From: an uncultured Chitinophaga sp.
GTDB lineage: Bacteria > Bacteroidota > Bacteroidia > Chitinophagales > LD1
Length of the DNA stretch: 64,000 bases
Assembly: GCA_964631835.1 (NCBI GenBank)
Contig: CAZWAD010000021.1
Location: forward strand, 271 to 64,270
Direction of reading: 5' to 3'
Shown piece after piece: positions 18,734 to 28,580 of the stretch. A program made the position numbers and the translations under genes. How positions within the stretch are numbered: the stretch's first letter is position 1; each line of letters opens with the position of its first letter. The notes below the pieces were generated by a model. That model was not told where the DNA came from. It saw only the letters and a program-made list of their open reading frames with translations, and did no database searches.

Positions 18734-20152
18734 ATGAAAAGCCTTTCTTCTGAACTTGTTCATCCGGTTTTTGAAATTGTTTCTGATGTAGCAGCCGAGT
18801 TAGATTACGAAACTTATGTTGTGGGAGGTTATGTGCGCGACTTGCTGCTTAAAAGAGACTGCAAAGACCTGGATTTTGTTTGTGTTGGTAGCGGAACGGA
18901 ACTTGCGGCAAGAGTTGCGGCAAAAATCGGAGGCAATATACATGTAAACTATTTTAAAAACTTCGGCACTGCCCAGTTTAAGTGGAACGAACTGGATTTG
19001 GAATTTGTGGGAGCCCGGAAGGAATCATATCAACGTCATTCACGAAAACCGGTTGTTGAAGACGGCACTTTGGAAGACGACCAAAACCGGAGGGATTTTA
19101 CTATCAACGCGCTTGCAGTCTCTCTCAACAAAAAATCGTTTGGCAGGTTAGTTGACCCGTTTAACGGGGTAAAAGATTTAGCTGACAAAATCATACGCAC
19201 GCCACAAAAGCCCGATATCACCTTCAGCGATGACCCTTTAAGGATGATGAGGGCTATCCGCTTTGCCACTCAACTTAACTTTCAGATTTTACCTGAAACA
19301 TTTGAGGCAATTAAAAACAATAAAGAGAGAATTAAAATTATTTCACAAGAGAGAATCACTGATGAACTGAACAAAATAATTCTGAGCCCTAAACCGAGCA
19401 CCGGGTTTATCCTTTTGGAACAATCCGGATTACTTGGAATTATTTTTCCTGAATTTCAGAAACTGAAAGGAGTTGAAAATTATGAAGGCAAGGGACACAA
19501 GGACAATTTCTATCATACACTTCAAGTTTTAGATAACCTGACCAAAACATCCAATGATTTATGGTTGCGATGGGCTGCTGTGCTTCATGATATTGCCAAG
19601 CCACCGACAAAAAAATTTGTTGAAGGACAAGGCTGGACTTTTCACGGACACGAAGTGCTGGGAAGCAAATGGGTGCCGAAAATATTTGCACGAATGAAAT
19701 TGCCAATGGGCAGCGAAATGAAGTTTGTGCGCAAAATGGTGTTCCTTCATTTGCGTCCCATCGCATTAACCAAAGAAGAAATAACCGATTCGGCTTTGCG
19801 CAGGCTGCTATTTGAAGCAGGTGATGATATTGAAAACCTGTTGATGTTGTGTGAAGCCGATATTACCTCAAAAAACAGGGAGAAAGTAAAACGCTACCTC
19901 GCCAAATTTGAGTTGGTACGCGAAAAACTTAAAGAGGTGGAAGAAAAAGACCGTATTCGCAACTTTCAGCCACCGGTTACCGGTGAGTTGATTATGCAAA
20001 CCTTTGGCATTGGTCCTTCACGTGAAATAGGTATCATCAAAGAGGAAATCAAAGAAGCTATCCTCGAAGGTAAAATCAGGAATGATTATGACGAAGCTTT
20101 TCAGATGATGCTGCGTTTGGGTGAGAAGTTGGGATTGAAAAAGGAGGTTTGA
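18734..20152 (+). CDS. CCA-adding tRNA nucleotidyltransferase / poly(A) polymerase-family protein with HD domain
   Basis: VVGGYVRDLLL...DLDFV nucleotidyltransferase head, RDFTINA motif and an HD region (LHDIAKP). Confidence 0.82.
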   Translation: MKSLSSELVHPVFEIVSDVAAELDYETYVVGGYVRDLLLKRDCKDLDFVCVGSGTELAARVAAKIGGNIHVNYFKNFGTAQFKWNELDLEFVGARKESYQRHSRKPVVEDGTLEDDQNRRDFTINALAVSLNKKSFGRLVDPFNGVKDLADKIIRTPQKPDITFSDDPLRMMRAIRFATQLNFQILPETFEAIKNNKERIKIISQERITDELNKIILSPKPSTGFILLEQSGLLGIIFPEFQKLKGVENYEGKGHKDNFYHTLQVLDNLTKTSNDLWLRWAAVLHDIAKPPTKKFVEGQGWTFHGHEVLGSKWVPKIFARMKLPMGSEMKFVRKMVFLHLRPIALTKEEITDSALRRLLFEAGDDIENLLMLCEADITSKNREKVKRYLAKFELVREKLKEVEEKDRIRNFQPPVTGELIMQTFGIGPSREIGIIKEEIKEAILEGKIRNDYDEAFQMMLRLGEKLGLKKEV

Positions 20153-21093
20153 TGAGTTTTAATCCTAAATTCCTGGTCGTCATTTGCGGGCCGACCGCAG
20201 TCGGCAAGACTTCACTTGCAATTGAGGCGGCTAAAAAATTTGAAGCAGAAATCATATCTGCTGATTCCAGACAGTTTTATAAAGAGCTCAATATCGGAAC
20301 GGCTAAACCCGATAAAAAGCAATTGAAAGAAGTAAAGCATCACTTCATCAGCAATATCTCCATTCACACTAAAAATTACAGCGCAGGGAAGTATGAAGCC
20401 GAAGTGCTTGAATTCCTGGAGAAGTATTTCAGGAAGAAAAATGTTGCAGTTCTTGTGGGCGGCTCAGGGTTGTTTATCAATGCAGTTTGCAGCGGCTTTG
20501 ATAAGTTTGAAAAAACAGACGATAACCAGCTCTACATCACCCGGAAATTTCTGAACGAAAAAAACATCAATTGGCTACAAGATGAATTGGGGCGATTAGA
20601 CCCTGAGTATTTTGCAGAAGTTGACAAAAACAATCCGGTTCGCCTGAAGCGGGCTCTTGAAATTATTTACACCACCGGTAAAAAATATTCCGAGCAGCGG
20701 ATTGGAAAAAAAACGGAGAGGCCATTCCACATCATCAAAATCGGATTGAGCCTGCCGCGCGAAATACTTTACGAGCGTATCAATCACCGGGTTGATGAAA
20801 TGATGAAAACCGGTTTGCTTGAAGAAGCTAAACAGCTTTACCTCCACAAAAAACTTCCAGCCCTTAACACCGTGGGTTACACCGAGCTATTTGATTTTAT
20901 AGAAGACAAGATTTCTCTGAAAGACGCTATTGCCCTCATAAAACAAAACACCCGCAACTATGCCAAACGGCAAATGACATGGTTTAAAAAAGATGGAGGC
21001 ATTAAATGGTTTGAACCTTCTCAACAGAAGGAAGTCCTGAATTACATTAGGTCACAGATTTTTGTGCAGGTAAAAGAGAATGATTTGGATTAA
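20149..21093 (+). CDS. miaA: tRNA dimethylallyltransferase
   Basis: GPTAVGKTSLAIE P-loop, ISADSRQFYKELNIGTAKP and NYAKRQMTWFKK motifs. Confidence 0.93.
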   Translation: MMSFNPKFLVVICGPTAVGKTSLAIEAAKKFEAEIISADSRQFYKELNIGTAKPDKKQLKEVKHHFISNISIHTKNYSAGKYEAEVLEFLEKYFRKKNVAVLVGGSGLFINAVCSGFDKFEKTDDNQLYITRKFLNEKNINWLQDELGRLDPEYFAEVDKNNPVRLKRALEIIYTTGKKYSEQRIGKKTERPFHIIKIGLSLPREILYERINHRVDEMMKTGLLEEAKQLYLHKKLPALNTVGYTELFDFIEDKISLKDAIALIKQNTRNYAKRQMTWFKKDGGIKWFEPSQQKEVLNYIRSQIFVQVKENDLD

Positions 21094-21252
21094 TCTGAAG
21101 CCTGTTCAAAAGTCAATATTCTATTCTTTACAGGTAACAGATACGTGCAAACATCCCCTATATAACGCGCATTTGTTGCGTAAAAGTTGAACATCAGATA
21201 CCAATTATCAAATAAATCGGTCTGCATCCATTAACGTCTGACTTCTTTCAGG

Positions 21253-21279
21253 CAATTGCCAAAAAATCTGTTTTTACGC
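21253..21279. repeat. Left copy of a 27/28-nt direct repeat flanking array D (CAATTGCCAAAAAATCTGTTTTTACGC)
   Basis: Matches 21846-21873 with one substitution and one single-base indel. Confidence 0.85.
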
Positions 21280-21375
21280 TTCTTTTCGCAAAACTAAGGA
21301 TAAATAAACCACAAGTTCCCGCATCCGCTAAAAGCGCAAGAGAGAACTCGAAGCACTTTAAACACAAATTTTTGC

Positions 21376-21711
21376 GAAATGTCTACGATACGAAGAAAAC
21401 AGTCTATGTTACCATCTATCGAGTCTATGTTACATGCTGAAATGCCTTGAACAGCATCTGTCATGGACATGTTCGATGCTATCATGTCTATTACAGATTG
21501 AATCGTGTCTATTTCATTTCGAAAGCAAGGCTCGATAGCAAGTGTTTTGTCTGTGTCAGATTCTATCGTGTCTGTTTCACTTCGAATCATGTCTACTCCA
21601 CTTCGTAACATGCCTGTGTTTGATGGTAACATGCCTATGATTCTTCGTGATGTGGACTCGTTTCGTGCTGGAATAGACATGTTGGAGAAAAGTGTGTTAA
21701 AGTTGCTGAAA
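21376..21711. repeat. Array D: 15-16 degenerate tandem units of exactly 21 nt (consensus about ATCRTGTCTRTTTCAYTTCGA)
   Basis: The core G(T/C)CT recurs at 21381 + 21k for k = 0..14 with no indels, as listed in the findings. Confidence 0.85.
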
Positions 21712-21841
21712 AGTGAGCACAAATGAGGTTTTCGGCTAATCACCCCCAAATGTTTTGAGGTAATATTCGAATGCATGCAGTCTTTTTGCCCCGCTTTTGT
21801 GGTAATCAGATAACCTGAGGTATCGTTTCTTAAATCACCGG

Positions 21842-21873
21842 TTTACAATTGCTCAAAAAATCTATTTTTACGC
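21842..21873 (+). promoter_or_regulatory. Right copy of the direct repeat, which is also the candidate promoter of the DUF2723 gene
   Basis: TTTA-(17 nt)-TATTTTTA approximates the -33/-7 consensus. The -7 box ends 20 nt before the ATG at 21890. Confidence 0.4.
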
Positions 21874-21889
21874 ACCTCAAAATCGCGCA

Positions 21890-24800
21890 ATGCAGAAATA
21901 TAAATTGCTCAACAACATCTTCGGATGGCTCTCCTTTGTTTTCGCTGCAATAGTTTATACCATGACCATGGAAAGCAGCGGAAGTTTCTGGGACTGTGGC
22001 GAGTTTGTTTCGGGGTGTCTTAAACTTCAGGTAGTTCACCCACCGGGCGCGCCATTTTTCCTGATGCTCGGTAGAATATTTACTCTCTTTTCCGGCTGGG
22101 ATCCCATGGTAAACGGAAGTGGTGCTCATGTGGCGCAAACGGTCAACTTTATGAGCGGTCTTGCTACTGCCGGGGCTGTGCTTTTTACTTTCTGGACAAC
22201 TACGGCTCTCGCCCGTAAATTTGTTTTCAGCGATGGCAATTATACCAATGGAAAAATTGTTACCGTTATCGGTGCAGGTTTACTCGCAGCAGGCGCATGC
22301 ACTTTCCTGGATTCACTTTGGTTCAGTGCTGTTGAAGGGGAAGTATATGCCTTATCTCAATTCTTCCTTTCACTGATTGTTTGGGCAATTTTGAAATGGG
22401 AAGCCGATGAAAGCAAATATGCCGACCATTGGCTGGTGTTCATTGCGTATATGACCGGTCTTTCCATTGGGGTTCACTTGCTCAGTTTGCTTGCGCTTCC
22501 GGCAATTGCGCTTATGTATTATTTCAAAAGATTTAAGAATACTACTCATACGGGATGGTTTTTGGCGGTAATGGCGGGTTTTGCAGCGCTGGGAATTTAT
22601 ATGAAATATATTATATCCTTCACCCAGTCGTACCTGGCGGGAATGGATTTGTATTTTGTAAACACCCTGCACTTTGGCTTTAACTCCGGAATTGTATTTG
22701 CGGTTATTACACTTATTGCATTGCTGGTTTCTATTTTGTGGTACACCCATACCGGCAAAGACCGCGACTTTTATATTGCCCTGGGAGTTGCTGTATTTTA
22801 TGTGGTGATAGATGTAATTATAACCGATAGCTGGACAGCGCGCTTTATCCGTCTTTTTTTTATTGCCGGATTATTCATGGCTCGGGAATACGGATACGAA
22901 GCAAGGCGTCTGCTGAATGTGACAATCCTTGCGCTTGCATTTTCTTATATCGGCTACCTTTCTTATGTTATGGTTCCCATTCGGGCAATTGCCAACCCGC
23001 CCATTAACATGAACCGCCCCGATGACCCGCTGAAAATAAAATCGTATGTTGACCGCGAGCAATATGGCGACCGTCCTTTGCTCAAAGGTCCGGATTATAC
23101 GGTTACTTCTTACGACATTGAAGATTACATTAAAACCAAACGCTGGGTAAAAGATGAGAAAGCCGGTCGCTATGTGGATGGTGGCGATAAGATTGATTAC
23201 AAGTTCCGCGATAATGTGCCTATGATGTGGTTTCCTCGTTTAGGTTTCTGGCAGGAAGAGGAAAAACATCCGGGTTACCGGGCGTGGTTGAATCCTGACC
23301 ATTATATTATTGACCGGGCAAATAATAATTCTATTGAAAGAACATTCCCTGCAGGTACGCTGGATGAAGCAAGAAAATATGTTGCTGAACTAAACCGGAA
23401 TCAGCCTAACCGGTACTATGTAAAAGATGCTATTACATTTAAAGACAACCTGCGCTATTTTTTCAAATACCAGGTAGGTTATATGTACTTCCGATATTTC
23501 ATGTGGAACTTTGCCGGCAGGCAAAATGACATTCAGGGAACATACGGTAATGATGACGGAAGATGGATTTGCGGGATTCCTTTTATTGACAATATGCATG
23601 CTTTCTTCACTCCCGACTGGCCGCAGGAAAACCTTCCGAAAAGCGCATTGGAAAACAAAGCGCGAAATAAGTTTTACCTGATTCCGCTCATCCTGGGACT
23701 CATCGGGCTCATTTATACTTTGTTTAAGGACGAAAAGACTTTCTTTTTTGTTCTGGTACTTTTTGGCACTACAGGGTTGTTGCAGATTGTTTATCAAAAC
23801 GAACCTCCAATTGAACCACGGGAGCGTGATTATGCACAGGCGGGTTCTTTTGTTGCATTTACCATCTGGCTTGGTTTTTCTTTAGTGGCCATTGTTGATT
23901 TGCTGAAGAATAAACTCCGCCTGCCCGAGTTTCCTGCGGCAGCGGGAGCGTTAATTCTTTGCCTGTCAGCTCCTGTATTAATGGGAACTCAAGGCTGGAA
24001 CGACCACACCCGCCATAATCGCTATACCGCACGCGATTTTGCAATAAGCTATCTGGAATCATGCGCCCCCAACGCTGTGATATTTACTCAGGGCGATAAT
24101 GATACTTATCCCCTTTGGTACGCGCAGGAAGTTGAAGGAGTGCGAACCGATATTCGAATCATTAATTTGTCGCTTCTTGGTGTGGATTGGTACATTGACC
24201 AGTTGCGTTATAAAATGAATGATGCTCCCGCACTCAAACTAACTTTTAGCCCCGAACAACTAAGAGGAGAAAGGCGCAATGCTGTTCGTTTTAAAAACGA
24301 CCCCCGTATTCCCCAAGGTGAATTCAGGAATCTGAAAGACATCATGCATTTTGTGGCGAGTGAAGACGACCGCGATAAAACCATTCTTTATCAGGGAGGA
24401 GAATTGGAGAACTACATTCCTACGCGCAATTTTTCAATTGAACTGGATGTAAATAAAGTGCGGGAGATGAACATGGTTTCGAAAGAAGAAGATTCGCTGA
24501 TTATCCCCAAAATGGAGTGGACACTTAACCGGGGCGTTCTGCTGAAAAATGATTTAGTGTCGTTGGATATTGTGGCGAACAACATCATGGAGCGCCCAAT
24601 TTACTTTGCTGTTTCGGTTGGTCCCGAAGCCTATCTCGGCATGGAGAAATTTTTCCAGCTTGAAGGATTAACCTACCGTATTGTTCCGAAAATAAATCCG
24701 GGTGGTTCACCCTACAGCGCTCCTCCGCGAACTGATGTTATGTTTGATAACATGCTGAAGAAATTCCGTTTTGGCGGCATCGCAGAGAATCCGAAAATTT

Positions 24801-25300
24801 ATCTGGATGAAAATGTTTTGCGCATGACAGTGAATATTCGCGGGAACTTTGGAAGGCTGGCACTTGAACTTCTCAAAAAAGGAGAGAAAGAAAAAGCTGC
24901 AGAAGTAATTGACTATGCGCTGAAGGTATTACCGCCTTCGCAGGTTCCCCATTCAGTATTTAATTATTCGTATCCCAAAGTTTATTACGAGGCAGGGCAA
25001 ATAGAAAAAGCGCGTAAGCTTTTGAACGAAATGCTCGCCAAATCAAAAAACGAGCTTGACTATTATAAAACGGTTTACAATTACACCTTAGCCCAGGCAA
25101 GAGATGCCGGTGACCGGGCTTATGCAGCTCAATTGGAACAAGGTGCTTTTACCGAGCGCAGAGATGTGCAGGAGGAACTTTACATTATGCAGGAACTTAC
25201 TCTGGCTTCGAAGCAGTTTGACGACTCTACATTTGCAGCAGGTGTAGAAAAGACATTTATGGATTACCGGATGTCGTTTGTTCAAATGCCGAAACAATAA
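21890..25300 (+). CDS. DUF2723-family polytopic membrane protein (GT-C-like, putative glycosyltransferase) with C-terminal helical-repeat domain
   Basis: 1136 aa. The N-terminus WDCGEFVSGCLKLQVVHPPGAPFFLMLGRIF is characteristic of DUF2723/TMEM260-like proteins. There are many TM helices and a soluble C-terminal domain. Confidence 0.82.
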   Translation: MQKYKLLNNIFGWLSFVFAAIVYTMTMESSGSFWDCGEFVSGCLKLQVVHPPGAPFFLMLGRIFTLFSGWDPMVNGSGAHVAQTVNFMSGLATAGAVLFTFWTTTALARKFVFSDGNYTNGKIVTVIGAGLLAAGACTFLDSLWFSAVEGEVYALSQFFLSLIVWAILKWEADESKYADHWLVFIAYMTGLSIGVHLLSLLALPAIALMYYFKRFKNTTHTGWFLAVMAGFAALGIYMKYIISFTQSYLAGMDLYFVNTLHFGFNSGIVFAVITLIALLVSILWYTHTGKDRDFYIALGVAVFYVVIDVIITDSWTARFIRLFFIAGLFMAREYGYEARRLLNVTILALAFSYIGYLSYVMVPIRAIANPPINMNRPDDPLKIKSYVDREQYGDRPLLKGPDYTVTSYDIEDYIKTKRWVKDEKAGRYVDGGDKIDYKFRDNVPMMWFPRLGFWQEEEKHPGYRAWLNPDHYIIDRANNNSIERTFPAGTLDEARKYVAELNRNQPNRYYVKDAITFKDNLRYFFKYQVGYMYFRYFMWNFAGRQNDIQGTYGNDDGRWICGIPFIDNMHAFFTPDWPQENLPKSALENKARNKFYLIPLILGLIGLIYTLFKDEKTFFFVLVLFGTTGLLQIVYQNEPPIEPRERDYAQAGSFVAFTIWLGFSLVAIVDLLKNKLRLPEFPAAAGALILCLSAPVLMGTQGWNDHTRHNRYTARDFAISYLESCAPNAVIFTQGDNDTYPLWYAQEVEGVRTDIRIINLSLLGVDWYIDQLRYKMNDAPALKLTFSPEQLRGERRNAVRFKNDPRIPQGEFRNLKDIMHFVASEDDRDKTILYQGGELENYIPTRNFSIELDVNKVREMNMVSKEEDSLIIPKMEWTLNRGVLLKNDLVSLDIVANNIMERPIYFAVSVGPEAYLGMEKFFQLEGLTYRIVPKINPGGSPYSAPPRTDVMFDNMLKKFRFGGIAENPKIYLDENVLRMTVNIRGNFGRLALELLKKGEKEKAAEVIDYALKVLPPSQVPHSVFNYSYPKVYYEAGQIEKARKLLNEMLAKSKNELDYYKTVYNYTLAQARDAGDRAYAAQLEQGAFTERRDVQEELYIMQELTLASKQFDDSTFAAGVEKTFMDYRMSFVQMPKQ

Positions 25301-25310
25301 TTTACCAGGG

Positions 25311-25345
25311 AGCGGAGCGGAATTTAATTGACGCTCCGCTTTTTC
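25311..25345 (+). terminator. Rho-independent terminator of CDS 21890-25300
   Basis: AGCGGAGCG...CGCTCCGCT 9-bp stem followed by TTTTT. Confidence 0.75.
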
Positions 25346-25347
25346 TC

Positions 25348-26121
25348 ATGAACAATACAAAACAGCACTTCTGCATCTTTGGCCGTATTCCGGTTATTGA
25401 AGCGCTTAAAGCCGGTAAGCGATTCGATAAAATCCTTCTGCAGAAGAATATCCTGAGCACAGAAATTAAGGAAATTCAAAACCTCGCTAAACAATCGGAA
25501 ACACCCGTTCAAAATGTTCCCAAAGAGAAACTCGAAACAGTAGCAAGGAAATATTCACGGTATAAAGAGCCCAACCATCAGGGCATTATCGGTTTTCTTT
25601 CCCTCATTGATTACTACGCCATAGATGATGTACTCCATAGCATTTATTCCAAAGGAGAAACACCTCTTCTGCTGGTGCTTGACGGAATAACCGATGTGGG
25701 AAATTTCGGAGCTATTGCCCGCTCAGCTGAATGCTTGGGCGCACACGCGCTTGTTATTCCTGCTCAGGGTTCGGCTCAAATAAATGCTGAAGCGATGAAA
25801 GCCAGCGCAGGTGCGTTGAATAAAATCTTTGTTTGCCGGGAAAAAAGTTTGGTAACCGCTATCAAGTTTCTGAAGGTAAACGGCATCCGGATTTTCGGAG
25901 CTGAAATGACAGATTCCTCTGAAATTTCGACAGCGGATTTTGCGGTGCCCTGTGCCATAGTGCTTGGTTCAGAAGGTGATGGAATTTCAAACGAAGTTTT
26001 AAAACTCTGTGATGAAAAAATCAGGATTCCCATGAGCGGGAATACCGAATCGCTGAATGTATCGGTGAGTGCAGGAATAATTTTATACGAAATCAACCGA
26101 AGGCGAAGTCAGCATGAGTAA
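25348..26121 (+). CDS. rlmB: SpoU/TrmH-family 23S rRNA 2'-O-ribose methyltransferase (RlmB-like)
   Basis: N-terminal substrate-binding domain plus SPOUT motifs (LDGITDVGNFGAIARSA, VLGSEGDGIS, IPMSGNTESLNVSVSAGIILYE). Confidence 0.8.
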   Translation: MNNTKQHFCIFGRIPVIEALKAGKRFDKILLQKNILSTEIKEIQNLAKQSETPVQNVPKEKLETVARKYSRYKEPNHQGIIGFLSLIDYYAIDDVLHSIYSKGETPLLLVLDGITDVGNFGAIARSAECLGAHALVIPAQGSAQINAEAMKASAGALNKIFVCREKSLVTAIKFLKVNGIRIFGAEMTDSSEISTADFAVPCAIVLGSEGDGISNEVLKLCDEKIRIPMSGNTESLNVSVSAGIILYEINRRRSQHE

Positions 26122-27550
26122 GGTTGCTGTTCAGAAACAAAACAACCAAAGAGCTTATGATGCGCTGCTTTTTGTTTTGCTCATTGTTTTTATAGCTATA
26201 AAGTTCAACGATTTATTTCTACCCTACTTTTGGGACGAACTTGGGGTTTATGCTCAGGCTGCGGTTTACCAATACAAATATGGATTAAGCCTTCTCCCTG
26301 CTTCACTTCCTCCGGATCTTTCCCGCGGGCATCCGCTTTTATTTTTTTTCCTGAATGGTGTGGCTCTGAAATTTTTTGGCAACAGTGTGGTTGTGGCTCA
26401 TAGCATCAATTTGTTTGTCGCTGTTGTTTTACTCGTAGCTATTTATGCTTTTACGGTTAAGTATTACAATCGGCTTACAGCTTTTGTAAGTACGGTGTTA
26501 CTTGCAACACAGCCTGTATTTTTAGCACAATCAGCACTGGTACTTCCCGAAATAATGCTTTCGCTGTTTGCGTTTTTAGCTTTAGTATTCTATTTCGAAA
26601 AAAAATATCTCGCATTTGCGTTTTTTGCTTCGCTGGCGATTCTCACTAAGGAAAGTGCCGTTATTTTGCCTTGTGTTGTTTTTGCTTATTCAGTATTCAG
26701 GCGAATTATTTTTAAGGAAAACAATAATGCTTTTCGGCCTTTTAATTTGCTCCTGACAGTTTTTCCGTATTTGGTTTTCGGAGGCTTTCTTTTACTTCAG
26801 AAAGCTCAAAACGGCTGGTATTTTTTCCCGTACCATATCAATCATGTGAGTTTAGATGTGGAAAATGCTTTCACGCAGTTTTCTGATTTTTTCGATGCTG
26901 TTTTTTGGCAACAGGGGCGTTACTGGTGGAAAAATTGCATGCTGCTCGCCTTGCCTTTCGCTTTTGTTACAAACAAATTCAGCCGTGAAAATGCCCGTAA
27001 AAGTATTTTGGTTTTGTTCGGCATTTTCATTCTCGCCTTTCTTGCATTCAGCTCGCTGAGTTTCTATATGGACCGGTATGTAACGGCTCTGATTATTCCT
27101 GCTTCCATTTTAACAGGAGTTTCAGTTGTCGCAATTTTCAGAAACAAAATTTTGGTTTTACCGGTGACTCTTTTATTGGGTTTTGTTGCATTTCAGCATT
27201 TTGAAACCAATACCTTTTCTTACGATTTTGACATGGGTTACAGGCGGCAGATAAATGTTCTCCGGCAAGCCATTGATTATTGCTATGAAATATCAGGAAC
27301 CCGAAGACCGGTTGACGGAAACTTTCCGGCCTACTTTGCAGTAAATTTTAATGAAGGAGGTTATTTGAAAAATGGCGATAAAGGAAAATTCAGAAGGGGC
27401 ACTCCCGAAGAACCGGGTTATTATATTTTATGCAATCCGGGTGATTTGTCAAATTACAATCATAACTTGTACGAAGGCAAATTGCTCAAAATTTGCAAAG
27501 ATGGATTTGCCGAGGCTGTAGTTTATGAATTGAAACCCCGAGACCAATAA
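26114..27550 (+). CDS. GT-C-fold membrane glycosyltransferase (family 39 / ArnT-like)
   Basis: 478 aa with about 11 TM helices, an FWDELGVY first-loop acidic motif and an LTKESAV motif. Confidence 0.72.
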   Translation: MSKVAVQKQNNQRAYDALLFVLLIVFIAIKFNDLFLPYFWDELGVYAQAAVYQYKYGLSLLPASLPPDLSRGHPLLFFFLNGVALKFFGNSVVVAHSINLFVAVVLLVAIYAFTVKYYNRLTAFVSTVLLATQPVFLAQSALVLPEIMLSLFAFLALVFYFEKKYLAFAFFASLAILTKESAVILPCVVFAYSVFRRIIFKENNNAFRPFNLLLTVFPYLVFGGFLLLQKAQNGWYFFPYHINHVSLDVENAFTQFSDFFDAVFWQQGRYWWKNCMLLALPFAFVTNKFSRENARKSILVLFGIFILAFLAFSSLSFYMDRYVTALIIPASILTGVSVVAIFRNKILVLPVTLLLGFVAFQHFETNTFSYDFDMGYRRQINVLRQAIDYCYEISGTRRPVDGNFPAYFAVNFNEGGYLKNGDKGKFRRGTPEEPGYYILCNPGDLSNYNHNLYEGKLLKICKDGFAEAVVYELKPRDQ

Positions 27551-27568
27551 ACCGGTTACAACGCCAGT

Positions 27569-28492
27569 TCATTTTTTCCGTAGCCACATACACAGTTCCA
27601 TACCTGAATCAGTTTTAAGCATAAAGGTTTTGAGCATCGGCTCAATGAGGCGGGGCATTGGAATATCGCCAGCATAATACTGATGGAAAGCTATCTCATA
27701 GCTGTGTTTTTTGCTATGTTCTATGAAAGATTTGGGAGTAAACTCGTACAAATGAAAAGGAGAATGCATGGGGCTTATGTTGCCTACAAAACTGCTGCAC
27801 TTTAAAAAATAATAAAGATTAATCAACCGGTTAATCAGCCAATCGGATGACGGAACTTCAACCTGCATAATCCCTCCGGGCTTTAACCATTTCATGGCTT
27901 TAACCACCGAAACCGATGGGTCGTAAATATGTTCCAGAACAGATTTGAAAGTGATGTAATCGAAAAAATTTTCCGGAAAGTCAGCTTCTTCAACCGATGC
28001 ACATTTCAGTTTCTCAGGTGAAACTTTCATTCGCTCCACTGCCATGCGGTAAAACGGTTCCGAAGGTTCAAGCCCGTAAGCATCAAACCCCCCTCGTGAA
28101 TACGCAATCATGCCTTTGCCAATACCGGCACCGATGTCGAGTGACTTGGCACCGGCTTCATACTTCATCAACTTGTTCAGCACTTTTACTTCGCCACGAA
28201 AGAACTTATCGTTTACAAAAAAGTAGTCTTCCTTCCAGTAACCTTCGGGCGAAATTCCATAATGGTCTTGAATGTCAGCGGGCACAGGCTGCGGGTTGGA
28301 ATAGACTAACCCGCAATTTGTGCAGCGGACAACTGCAACAGAAATTCCGGTTTTTCTATCCGGATTTATTCCTTGCGATTGATTCAGCCTTCTGCCAAGA
28401 ATTTTATGCGTACCAGACAGAGAACCGCACATATTACACTGCTCAATCTGCCGGAAAGTGTATTTTATTTCTTTTTGTACGCTTTCGCCCAT
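27569..28492 (-). CDS. Class I SAM-dependent methyltransferase with N-terminal zinc ribbon
   Basis: CNMCGS...CTNCG cysteine pairs. SLDIGAGIGKG is the SAM-binding motif I. Confidence 0.8.
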   Translation of the reverse strand: MGESVQKEIKYTFRQIEQCNMCGSLSGTHKILGRRLNQSQGINPDRKTGISVAVVRCTNCGLVYSNPQPVPADIQDHYGISPEGYWKEDYFFVNDKFFRGEVKVLNKLMKYEAGAKSLDIGAGIGKGMIAYSRGGFDAYGLEPSEPFYRMAVERMKVSPEKLKCASVEEADFPENFFDYITFKSVLEHIYDPSVSVVKAMKWLKPGGIMQVEVPSSDWLINRLINLYYFLKCSSFVGNISPMHSPFHLYEFTPKSFIEHSKKHSYEIAFHQYYAGDIPMPRLIEPMLKTFMLKTDSGMELCMWLRKK

Positions 28493-28580
28493 AACACAAA
28501 TATACTTTCCTGGCTAAATCTCCCTAACCGGTGCATTAAAATGAAGCTGCTTTGGTATAGATTTGCAGAAATAAAAAGAC

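Noticed and set aside
21294-21776. 160-aa minus-strand ORF spanning array D, with a heptad-like pattern (DxIxSxx).
   Set aside because: The frame is open mainly because the 21-nt unit lacks stop codons in that frame. Codon use is atypical (many CGA Arg codons, several Cys). I saw no convincing promoter context and the ends look non-native. I treat it as a likely repeat artefact. A decayed or real heptad-repeat protein is not fully excluded and is listed as a refutation test.
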